Part shown: in pieces, positions 1 through 9,803 of the stretch
Position numbering within the stretch: the first letter of the stretch is position 1
Layout: each line of letters begins with the position of its first letter
Assembly (NCBI GenBank): GCA_973895155.1
Contig: OZ316892.1
Span: 1,367,223 to 1,431,222 of the forward strand
Source: Marsupella aquatica
Lineage: Eukaryota > Plantae > Marchantiophyta
Length of the DNA: 64,000 bases
Direction of reading: 5' to 3'
Made by a program: the position numbers and the translations under genes
The notes under the pieces: model-generated
Seen by the model: only the letters and a program-made list of their open reading frames with translations
Database searches by the model: none
Told to the model about the DNA's origin: nothing

Positions 1-56
1 GCCGCATGCCATGCTTGACCAAAAATAAAACTGATGCAAAAGATATATTTTCTCAT
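1..56 (-). CDS. 5' end of a bacterial gene running off the window (signal-peptide-like N-terminus MRKYIFCISFIFGQAWHAA)
   Basis: ATG at 56 (alternative at 62) followed by a basic then hydrophobic stretch; lies downstream of the terminator of the M36 gene. Confidence 0.4.
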   Translation of the reverse strand, partial: MRKYIFCISFIFGQAWHA

Positions 57-147
57 ACTCATTTACAATTATGCATTTGAAGATAGTTACAAAATTTAAA
101 CCTATCTAATGGCAGAAGTAACTCGTGATTTACAACATGAATTAAAT

Positions 148-178
148 AAAAAACCACATGAATGAATTCATGTGGTTT
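148..178 (-). terminator. Rho-independent terminator after the M36 peptidase gene
   Basis: Inverted repeat aaaccacatgaat / attcatgtggttt followed by a T-run on the minus strand, about 27 bp past the stop codon. Confidence 0.7.
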
Positions 179-204
179 AAAATCAAATATAAATCTTTGC
201 GATG

Positions 205-3200
205 TTACTCAACAACTATCTTATGCTTGCTGGTACTTCCATCGGGTTTAGTTATATTAAGATAATAAACTCCACGAGAAAGAACAGGTAAACTTAATTC
301 CATATTTTCTCCAGATGTCCTATAACTTTTGATCCGATTTCCCAATGTACCCATCAACTCGATGGTAACTGCTTTATCATTTCCCTGAATATATACCTGT
401 ATCCTGTCTTTTGCAGGATTAGGAAATATTGTTACGCCTTTCAGGTTGTTGAATATTACTGATCTTACATCCGAGTAGTCAATTGCTCCATTAACTGCCA
501 GGTGGCTGATTCTATAAAGATTCATACCATCTGCCGGTGACGCATCGATGAAATTGTACGGCTGTAAATCTCCACTTCCATCCACACTTTGCAATGTGCC
601 AATCGCCTTAAAGCTTACGCCATTATCGATGCTTCTTTCCACCTGGTAAGTACCCGTATTGGTGGTCACAGGTGTGTTCCAGCTAAGCAACGCTTCTGTG
701 TTATGTTTTACAGCAATGAAATCACCGGATACATTCTTTCCTTTAATTTTTGTTACTACTGTTGAGGATCCACGCAATTCATTTTTCCTGTCAATCAACT
801 TGGCAGTATTCGTAATATTAGCAGATGCTGAAAGAACGATATCATCAATGATCCAGCCAGTACCACCATCAGGCGTTGCCAGGCTACCATCGCTCGTTGC
901 ATATCTAAAGCGAATCTTTACCTTTTCACCTGCAAAGGCACTGAGATCAATTGTTGTAGTGCCAAACAAGAAGCCGGAAAAAGCATTTCGGCCGTTGAGC
1001 ACTGAATTACCGGTTATCGTTTCGTTGTACGTTACACCAGACATATAAGGCCCTAAATCCTGCCAGGTCTTTCCTCCATTGCTGGTTATCTCAACTACAC
1101 CTCCGTTATTAAAATCATCGCTGACGATTTCATGGAAAAAGCTAAACGTAGTTGTAATGCCAGGCACAAAGTATGACTGGGTGGTAGCCAGGTTTTCAGC
1201 ATCTTTCACACTATCATCATTTGAATAATAAAAATAGATACCCAGGTTTAACGTGGACCACGCCAAATCTTTACCATTTTTCGCAACCCATACATTAGAT
1301 ATATCCAATGTGTTTACCGAATCGTTTATATAAGTTGTATCAGCAAAAGCGGTATTATTATTTACTTTCACTTTCAGCTTTAATGTAAGGCTGTCTCCAC
1401 TGTTCATATCAATATTATCAAAAGTAACAGTTCTGGTAGATGAATTATACACACCATCACTGCTTACATAAGTAACATTGCCTGGCAGAGAATCAGTTAC
1501 TGAGTAATTTTGTTGCACATTGCCACCACACACCGCTTTTGCCCTTAAACCTATTGTGTAATCAAGATTACCGCCAGGAGCTGCTTTTTTATCGGCATGT
1601 TTGGTGATAAATACAGCACCAAGCCTGAAGTCTACAATTTCATCACCGGCAATATCGGAACTTCCTTCTGAGGCGCCTACACCCATTCCCCTGCGTGCAA
1701 AAGCTTTCCATATAGCACAACTATATTTACCATTATACAACAAGGTATCTGCTTTTAATATTGCATCGCGACCATCTATGAAGCCTGGACTACATGGTTG
1801 TAATTTTAATCCTTCCAATACTAACTTGTAAGCAACTGAATTTCCTCCTTCACCATTGGCATTGAAAATATCTTTGTTAATACCATCCATGTCTATAATA
1901 TTCCATGTCATATCCCATAAAACAGTTGTCCATATTTCACCAATGTTATGCGGCTCACCACCACTGGTTGCAACATCAGCATACGTATGCGGATTGATGG
2001 TCATGTTTGTTGAATATGGATATTGCCTTATACCTCCGCCATTTGTTGGCTCATTCAACACATATGTACCAATAGTAGTAGGTTTTGCGCCATCGTTTTT
2101 ACCAACTTTACTCCAGTTGGTAATAGTCATTAATGAAATATAATCACTCCAGCCCTCGCCCATTTGTTCTGTATTGAAAAGACAGGATACGTTGGATGGT
2201 CCGCCGGTTAACCTGGTTGAAATTCCATGCGTATATTCATGGCAAATAACACTGTTATCCAAATCGCCATCTGTTGCAGGTGCTGCAGTTAAGGTAACAT
2301 TTACAGTAGTTCCGGAACTTAATACATTTTTAATAGAAGCTCCATCTTCAAGGCCGATAGATACCGCAGGAATAACCACTGAAGAATCAAGGCCACCCAT
2401 AAGTATAGGACCACCACCAGGCACATTATTTATTACGATGACAGCTATGGCACCATTACTTTGTGCATTTAATATTTTAGATGTAAAGGCGCAGGTACCC
2501 CTGCTAAGTAAAACAATTTTACCTTTTAACGCACTGGCATTGGCAGCCGCATCGCAGGCAAGATGAAGTGTATCAGCAGCATCATTGTAAAGAACAACAT
2601 CACCTGTAACTGGACCAAGATTGGCCAATAAATTGTTAGGACTTAGTGCGCCTTCAACTGCTATTATATTTCCCGCAATAGATGCCGGTGAATTAACTTT
2701 CATAACTTTTGATGGATCGCCATCCCACAAGAACATTTGCATTCTTGGATTCTTTCCATCTGGTGGTGTGCTGAAATTAGCATTGTCCAGGCCGCTTCCA
2801 TCCTGTGCATCAGCATAAACAAAGTCATAACCTTTGCCACCTCTTCCTAAATTATTTTGTTGAAAGTTTCCGGCTACTTCATCAAAACCATACTGATAAG
2901 AAAGATCGTGCATTATATTATTCCAATAAAATAAATTGGTTATGGCAAAACCCTGGTTGATAGAATCTGTAGGTGCTTTACTAAAATCAGGATTGAAATC
3001 AAAGAAAAGGTCATGTTTATTGATAACACCAATCGCTCTCTTGCCTGAGCCATTATCACCATTGAGATCTTCCTGTGCCAACACATTATTACCGCGGGTA
3101 AATTTATATTGCTTTGATCCATCATCGTTCCAGATAAAGGGTACTGCACCGCTGCCGGTCGGTGATAATGTCCATGGATCAGTAACTAAAGCCGGTGCAC

Positions 3201-4029
3201 CGCCTGGGAAACTTGGCGCCTGTGCAGGAAAAGGTACTACGCGATAAGTAACTGATGTAAGGCCTTCCGGTAATTGCTTTTTGTAGTCTTCATTTTTTCT
3301 GAAAGAAATATCATGTAAAGCACTTTGCATTGTTAAAGGCGCTTCTTTTTTTGCTTTACCCCAAACATCAGGAACTGTATAATTATCTTTCCTGATTACG
3401 TTGCCTTTTGTAGCATCTACCAAAACTCTCCAGCTATCAGAAGATTTTTTTGGTGAAATATTTACTTCCCATACCAGCTTTACTCTTTCAAAACTTTTTT
3501 GCGGAACCCAAAGTAAACGTGAGGTGACATTTTCTTTTGCTATGCCCATATCACCATGGTCAGTTAATTTGGAAAAATCCTGGTTAGGTACAGTTTTCTG
3601 AGATGCAGCAGGCGTTGGGAGACGTAAATGTTGAGCCGCCGATTGTATTGCCTGTTCAACAGTTACAGGAGGCGTTACCGCTTTTTTTTGCAAGGCCGCA
3701 GCAGACCCATTTATCAAACTAACGTTAATGCGGCTACCATTACCGGAAACAAGTTTGCCATTTTTAAAAGCAAGAACCTGGATCGCTTTATCTACATCAA
3801 TACCCATGAAGGTTTGTTGCAGATACACCAGCGTAGCGCCAGAAGTTGCATCTTCATACGTGTCTGCAACTCTTGAATCAGTAATGTTTTTTTCAGATAA
3901 GCCAATAGTAGTGGCGTTGTTTCTTACAAGTGTTGTGGCCTTCTGCAGATCCTGTGCTAGCAAGCCCTGGGAGAAGAAAGCTAATGTAAGAAATGCGATA
4001 ATTTTTTTAGGGGTAATTTGTCTTTTCAT
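205..4029 (-). CDS. Secreted M36 (fungalysin-family) metallopeptidase with propeptide, PA-domain insert, DUF11-like domain and T9SS type-A C-terminal sorting domain (Bacteroidetes)
   Basis: Intact 1274-aa ORF. Signal peptide; TNLFYWNNIMHD...YGFDE and NNANF-like DNANFSTPPDG..PRMQMF motifs; HEYTH zinc motif followed by EGWSD; PA motif RGTCAFTSK; C-terminal IFPNPAKD...GVYYLNI typical of T9SS cargo. Confidence 0.92.
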   Translation of the reverse strand: MKRQITPKKIIAFLTLAFFSQGLLAQDLQKATTLVRNNATTIGLSEKNITDSRVADTYEDATSGATLVYLQQTFMGIDVDKAIQVLAFKNGKLVSGNGSRINVSLINGSAAALQKKAVTPPVTVEQAIQSAAQHLRLPTPAASQKTVPNQDFSKLTDHGDMGIAKENVTSRLLWVPQKSFERVKLVWEVNISPKKSSDSWRVLVDATKGNVIRKDNYTVPDVWGKAKKEAPLTMQSALHDISFRKNEDYKKQLPEGLTSVTYRVVPFPAQAPSFPGGAPALVTDPWTLSPTGSGAVPFIWNDDGSKQYKFTRGNNVLAQEDLNGDNGSGKRAIGVINKHDLFFDFNPDFSKAPTDSINQGFAITNLFYWNNIMHDLSYQYGFDEVAGNFQQNNLGRGGKGYDFVYADAQDGSGLDNANFSTPPDGKNPRMQMFLWDGDPSKVMKVNSPASIAGNIIAVEGALSPNNLLANLGPVTGDVVLYNDAADTLHLACDAAANASALKGKIVLLSRGTCAFTSKILNAQSNGAIAVIVINNVPGGGPILMGGLDSSVVIPAVSIGLEDGASIKNVLSSGTTVNVTLTAAPATDGDLDNSVICHEYTHGISTRLTGGPSNVSCLFNTEQMGEGWSDYISLMTITNWSKVGKNDGAKPTTIGTYVLNEPTNGGGIRQYPYSTNMTINPHTYADVATSGGEPHNIGEIWTTVLWDMTWNIIDMDGINKDIFNANGEGGNSVAYKLVLEGLKLQPCSPGFIDGRDAILKADTLLYNGKYSCAIWKAFARRGMGVGASEGSSDIAGDEIVDFRLGAVFITKHADKKAAPGGNLDYTIGLRAKAVCGGNVQQNYSVTDSLPGNVTYVSSDGVYNSSTRTVTFDNIDMNSGDSLTLKLKVKVNNNTAFADTTYINDSVNTLDISNVWVAKNGKDLAWSTLNLGIYFYYSNDDSVKDAENLATTQSYFVPGITTTFSFFHEIVSDDFNNGGVVEITSNGGKTWQDLGPYMSGVTYNETITGNSVLNGRNAFSGFLFGTTTIDLSAFAGEKVKIRFRYATSDGSLATPDGGTGWIIDDIVLSASANITNTAKLIDRKNELRGSSTVVTKIKGKNVSGDFIAVKHNTEALLSWNTPVTTNTGTYQVERSIDNGVSFKAIGTLQSVDGSGDLQPYNFIDASPADGMNLYRISHLAVNGAIDYSDVRSVIFNNLKGVTIFPNPAKDRIQVYIQGNDKAVTIELMGTLGNRIKSYRTSGENMELSLPVLSRGVYYLNITKPDGSTSKHKIVVE

Positions 4030-4192
4030 GCGTAATAATTTAGTTTTTATTTAACTCAAAAAAGCCTATATAAATGTAAGGTGATTATTATTAACTAAAA
4101 TCATTACATCAAAAATAAATTGCAAATAAATTTTCGATTCTACCAAAGCAATGCAATTCGCTTATATTTTGAATGATAGAACTATAGATTTT

Positions 4193-4954
4193 CTATGGCT
4201 TTGCCGGCAATTTCGTTTTTATATAATCATTTTGTTCTTTTAAACCTGATGCGTCTTTTTTATCTGCAAGATTTTTTAATTCATTATTAATAAAAGTATC
4301 TGTTCTACCACGAAATTGTTTGGGAATAGCTTCGCGAAATTTTATAATCATATCCACACCTTTTTCAACATTCGGCGTGTTCTTTACCCTGCCTAAAAAA
4401 TTGGCGAAAGCAGGCAGCATATTAAATTTAGCACCATTCACAGGCATTTCATCAAACTTAGTCGCCAATGAATCAAACTTATTTTCATCGGTATAGGCAA
4501 ACAATGCATCTTTCAAAGCTCCTTTTGCAGGCTTTGTTATAAGCACCTTCGCTTGTGCTTCAGCCGCCGCATCATCAATAGGAGCCAGAGCTTCCAATGC
4601 ATTACCAGCAACGGTATATGAGGAATCAGAAACTGCTTTTATAAACAAAGCCTTGTAAGCAACATTTTTATACATGCCCAGCATTTTTATAGCCTGTGCT
4701 TTTACTGTTCTGCGGGTATCGTTTGTAGCAACTTTTACCAGCGATTTTTCTATAGCAGTTTTTACTGTATCATTATCCATATTAAATTGGTCAAGCGCAA
4801 ATGATCTTATGCGCCATGATTTATCACTCAGCGTTTTTTGTAAAAAATCTAAAGCCTTTGTATTGGTTTGTTCTTTCGAGGCAATAACTACTGCTTCTCT
4901 CCTGTCAACATAAAGGCCTGCATGATCGTATTGATAAATAAATTCTTCCAAAGT
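4193..4954 (-). CDS. C-terminal HEAT-repeat portion of a bacterial protein, probably a Bacteroidetes M1-family aminopeptidase; truncated at the bacterial/plant junction
   Basis: Helical HEAT-like repeats (LSDKSWRIRSFAL, AVSDSSYTVAGNALEAL). The ORF has no real start and stops matching bacterial composition at ~4955. Confidence 0.6.
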   Translation of the reverse strand, partial: TLEEFIYQYDHAGLYVDRREAVVIASKEQTNTKALDFLQKTLSDKSWRIRSFALDQFNMDNDTVKTAIEKSLVKVATNDTRRTVKAQAIKMLGMYKNVAYKALFIKAVSDSSYTVAGNALEALAPIDDAAAEAQAKVLITKPAKGALKDALFAYTDENKFDSLATKFDEMPVNGAKFNMLPAFANFLGRVKNTPNVEKGVDMIIKFREAIPKQFRGRTDTFINNELKNLADKKDASGLKEQNDYIKTKLPAKP

Positions 4955-5179
4955 AATGTGAAAAAGTTTTTCGTCGGAACTCGGTTTCGATTTCGGATTT
5001 CAGCGTTGGCTTGCTAGGTTGGTGGGCTAAGTGGCGGTGACAAGTTTCAAGTTTTTTGGAAAGTTGCGAAAAACGACATTTTTTCGTGATTTGGATTTGA
5101 GTCAACGCAAAGGAAGGAAGGAAAAAGCATATAGGGAGCAGCACAGCAATAGCACGTGGAGAACGTTGGGAGGACAACG

Positions 5180-8100
5180 ATGGCATCCAAGTTTGGAGGT
5201 GTCAAGTTTGAGGTGTAAAAATATGATGGGCGCACAGATTATTTGCTATGGGAGAAGCAGGTTAAGGGAATTCTTCGTGCTATGGGCCTAGATCATCTGT
5301 TATCGACTCGGGAGGAGTCTAGCAGTGAGGAGGAGATCCCGTTGAGGAAATGGAGGCAAGAGCAAGTGATTGTTGTGAATGCGGTTATGCTGTATCTGAA
5401 GCCGCATATCATTAAGAAGCTGGACGATTACGAGGATTGCGTATCCTTATTCAAGGCCCTCAGAGAGAAGTACTACCAAGAGGATGCCTCAGATTGGTTG
5501 TACAAGAAGTCTCTCTTGATGAGCTTGAGACTAAAAGAAGGAGGCAAACTTCGAGATCACTTGGATGAATTTGACAGCCTAGCTGTAGATTTGTCAAATC
5601 TTGGCAAGGGAGTGGAAGATGAAGATAAGGCATTGCTTCTTCTCAGTTCCTTACCCCCATCGTATCAAGGTTTGAAGCAGGTTCTCTTGTATAGAGATCT
5701 CAAAACCATTTCATATGATGAGGTGGTAAGCTCTTTGTTGTCAGATGATGCACAGAAGAAATTGGGTCATGCCCAGACACCATCTTCATCTGGCAGTGCA
5801 TTGAATGTGAACCGCAGGACAGATCCTTTTCACAAACGTACCCCTCACGGAATAGAGGCAAGGAGAAGGCTCGGTCTAAGTCTAGATCCAGGTCTAGAGA
5901 GAAATCTCTAGAAAGGAAACCAATTATATGTTGGAAATGTAACAAGCCTGGCCACATGAAACGAGACTGTCGAGTCAAACAGACTCATCAACCATCAGCG
6001 AACGCAGCCACTGATGTTGATATGATTGACTTGCTTGATGATGAAATCTTGTGAAGTCCAGATGTTGCCCTTTGCATTTCATCCAGTAACAACGGTGATG
6101 AATGGATTTTAGACTGTGCCTGTAGCTATCATATTTGTTGTATGAAAGAGTTTTTTAGTTCTTACTCAGTATCAACCGGTTCCGTGTTGATGGGGAATGA
6201 TCATCCTTGTCAAATTATTGGAATTGGATCCGTGAAAATTCGGATGTTTGATGGAGCTGTGCGAACAGTGAGTAATGTCAGACACATACCTGACATGAAA
6301 AAGAACTTGATTTCTCTTGGAATGCTGGAAGCAAATGGATGTCGGTGGAGTTCTGCTGATGGTATTATTCAAGTGTCAACCAGAGGCAAGGTTGTCATGA
6401 AGGGTAAGCGGCACAGGAATCTATACCTGTTGGAGGGCAACGTGATTTGTGAAGAAGCCAATGTAACTAGATCTCAATGCGAGATGACTCAGTTGTGGCA
6501 CTGCAGATTGGGACACATGAATGAAAAGGGTTTGGCGGTACTTCGCAGGAAATGACTTCTTTCTAACTTGGAATCTACTAAGCTAGATTTTTGTGAATAC
6601 TGTGTGCTTGGGAAGCAGCATAGGAGAACCTTTGGTGTTGGAACTCACAATACCAAAGCTATACTTGAGTATGTACATAGTGATGTGTGGGGTCCAGCCC
6701 CAACTCCCTCACTTTCTGGAAAATTGTACTATGTCACGTTCATTGATGATTACTCACGGTATGTGTGGATCACATTTCTACATGCCAAGTCTGAAGTTTT
6801 TGGCACTTTTAAGAAGTGGAAAGCCCAAATTGAGAATCAAACTGGATCCAAGGTGAGATATCTGCGATCAGATAACGGCGGGGAGTATAGTTCAAGTGAA
6901 TTTGAACTATATTGTACTTGTCATCTCACGACAGTTTATACTCCTCAACAGAATGGTGTTTGTGAGCGGCTAAACCGAACACTATTGGAGCGATCGAGGA
7001 GTATGTTGAGCCAATCAGGTTTACCGCATGAATTTTGGGCTGAAGCTATAAATACAACAGCTTATTTGGTAAATCTTTCTCCTTCAAGTGCAATCAATTT
7101 CAAGACGCCGTTTGAAATGAGGTATGGACGGCACGCAGACTATCAGGGTTTGAGAGTCTTTGGAAGTGATGCATATGCTCTCACACCTAAGCAGAATCGA
7201 TCTAAACTAGATTCTACTTCCAAGAAGTGTCTTTTTCTTGGTTATCAACTAGGTGTGAAAGGTTACAGGCTTTGGGATCCAGAAGCTTGTACGTTGCTTG
7301 TCAGTAGAGATGTATCCTTTAATGAATCCTGATCATCAAAGAAGGGGGAGAATGCTCAGGCTTCCCGTACTGACAAAGGTAAATCTCCTATCCTGGACCA
7401 TGTTGTGGGGGAGATTGGTCATGAGAGTTTTCATGACATAAATGAAGGAGGTGCTCCAAGAATGGAGCTGGTTCCGGTAATGGAACAAGAGGAGCAGGCT
7501 GTTGATGGAATACCTCAAATTCAACCAACAGAACAAGATCAACCAGAATCATCAGCTAGAAAATCGAGACGTACTACTCGAGCTCCTACAAGGTATGGAC
7601 AATGGACAGATTCATCAAGGTTAGATGATGTTGACATTGCACCTGATGATGATGACAGAGCACTGATCTTGGAAGAAGGAGAACCTTCTTCTTATCATGA
7701 GGTGTGCATTTCAGACGAGAAAGATGAATGGAATACAGCGATGCAGAGGGAGTTGCAATCTTTAAGTGATAATAGAACATGGGAGCTGGTGCAGCTGCCA
7801 AGTGATCAACAAGTGGTGGATAGCAAGTGGATTTACAAGCTGAAGGACAACTCTTCAGATGGAGGAGACAAGATATACAAGGCAAGGCTTGTTGCCAAGG
7901 GATTCACTCAAGAGAAGGGAGTGGATTACAATGAGGTCTTCTCTCCAGTTGCCAAGTATTCCATAATACGAATTTTGTGTCAACTTGTTGTGTTTTTTGA
8001 TCTGGTGTTAGATCAAATGGATGTTGTTACTGCTTTTCTCTATGGCACCTTGGAGGAACAAATTTTCATGAGGCAACCATTGGGCTTTGTGAAGAAGGGC

Positions 8101-9267
8101 CAAGAGAGTTTAGTTTGCAGGTTACTTAAGTCCTTGTATGGATTGAAGCAAGCTCCTCGGTAGTGGAACAAGCGGTTTGATGATTTCATGCTTGCACAAG
8201 GATTCACTAGGATGGTGTATGACCCTTGTGTGTATACGAAATCAGTCAAGAATGGTGTGTTTGGTTTGCTCATTCTGGTGCTCTATGTGGATGACATGTT
8301 GATTGTGGCTAAGGATCAAACTGAGGTTGACAAACTCAAAGCAAAATTGAGTTCTGAATTTCGAATGAAGGATCTTGGGAAAGCCAAGAGGATCTTAGGT
8401 ATGGAGATTACGAGGAACTTTGAAACTGGACAATTGTGGTTGAATCAAGGCAAGTATGCTGAAAAGGTACTTGCAAGATTCAACATGGAAAATTGTAAGC
8501 CAGTAAGTATTCCTTTGGCTCCACATTTCAAGTTATCATCGGCTTTCTGCCCCACGGATCCAGTGGAGAGAGGTTTGATGACTAAGGTTCCATATGAGAA
8601 GGCAGTGGGCAGTCTAATGTATTTGATGACATGTACCAGGCCTGATCTAGCCCTAGCAATGGGCAAAGTGAGTAGATTCATGTCAAATCCAGGGAAGGTA
8701 CATTGGGAGGCTGTGAAATGGATTCTCAGGTATCTTAAGGGCACAATAGACTATGGTCTGTTGTTTGATAGTAGATCAAACAAAACCAAATCTTTGGTTG
8801 GCTATGTAGATTCTGACTACGGAGGCTGTCTGGAAACAAGGAGGTCAACGACTGGGTATGTGTTTACTCTTGGAAGAGGATGCATAAGTTGGAGATCTAC
8901 CTTGCAAAAGTGTGTATCTCAGTCTACTACAGAAGCAGAATATGTTGCAGCAGCAGAAGCAGCAAAGGAAGCAATTTGGTTGGATAAGTTGGTCACTGAG
9001 ATGGGATTGGAGCATGGAAAAATGACTCTTCATTGTGACAGCCAAAGTGCGCTTCACCTAGCTATTAACCAGGTTATGGATAGTAGGGTGAAACACATTG
9101 ATATCAGGTACCATTTTATTAGGCAAACAGTGTCTGATAAAATGTTTGAACTAGTCAAGATTGATGGAAAGCTCAACCCGGCTGATGCTTTTACCAAAGT
9201 GATTCCTTTGGAGAGTTGCTCAAGACACCGTGCTACTTTGCAAGTTTTGCATTTGCAGCACAAGTAG
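5180..9267 (+). pseudogene. Copia gag-pol polyprotein with premature stops and frameshifts
   Basis: ATG at 5180 (MASKFGGVKFEV*KYDG); zinc knuckle CWKCNKPGHMKRDC; protease WILDCACSYH; integrase WHCRLGH, HSDVWGP, RSDNGGEY; RT YKARLVAKG and LYVDDML; RNaseH YVDSDY, KHIDIRYHFIR. Confidence 0.93.
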
Positions 9268-9471
9268 AGTAACTTAACAATATGTAATTTTTGTATATGG
9301 GTTACTCAATCCTGTTATGGCTACGGCTTAATTCTAGTTAACCCTTAGTTAACCTTAAATGGTTTTTAGGGGAACACCTATGATTTTAGGTGATTGTCTA
9401 GAATTTCCCGCTGAGTATCTCATATGGATAGCAGAAATTGCAGTCCCCAAGACTAGAGTCAAGGGGGAGTT

Positions 9472-9803
9472 TGTTAAGGATTGCTCTTAGTCTTGTGACT
9501 CATAGGTTACGGCACTTAGGCTAACCACAGTTAGGATCTTAGCTGAGGTTAGATTAGTCGTGTGTGACCTTGTATATACCAGGGCTAGTGTAAGCCGCTG
9601 GTGTGTGGTGCTTACTGATTGTAATAGAGCAACTTGAGGAAGAGGGAGAGGATGTGTGTTCGTCAACTCTTGAAGTAAAGCTTGAGTGTTCGTGTGGACG
9701 TAGCCTTGGAGAAGAGGTGAACCACGTAGAGATTGTGTCAACTACGTGTGCATGGAATAAGTCATGGTTGTATGATCGTTGCGAATGACGTCTTAGTTCA
9801 ACA
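9472..9803 (+). repeat. Copia 3' LTR (about 330 bp; end could be 9803 or 9808)
   Basis: Follows the PPT; TGTT...AACA terminal inverted repeat; tatata box near 9573. Confidence 0.7.

Larger units (their letters stand above)
4956..9803 (+). mobile_element. Decayed Ty1/Copia LTR retrotransposon lacking its 5' LTR and PBS
   Basis: Domain order gag-PR-INT-RT-RNaseH, PPT aagggggagt at 9461-9470, 3' LTR starting TGTT at 9472. Confidence 0.93.

Noticed and set aside
659-4913. Many plus-strand ORFs overlapping the bacterial genes
   Set aside because: They are antisense shadows of the long minus-strand CDSs. The same applies to short ORFs overlapping the retroelement genes.
1-4955. Established horizontal gene transfer of the M36 peptidase into the plant genome
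   Set aside because: There are no introns or decay, the bacterial terminator and neighbours are retained, and the junction cuts both sides. Read evidence would be required.
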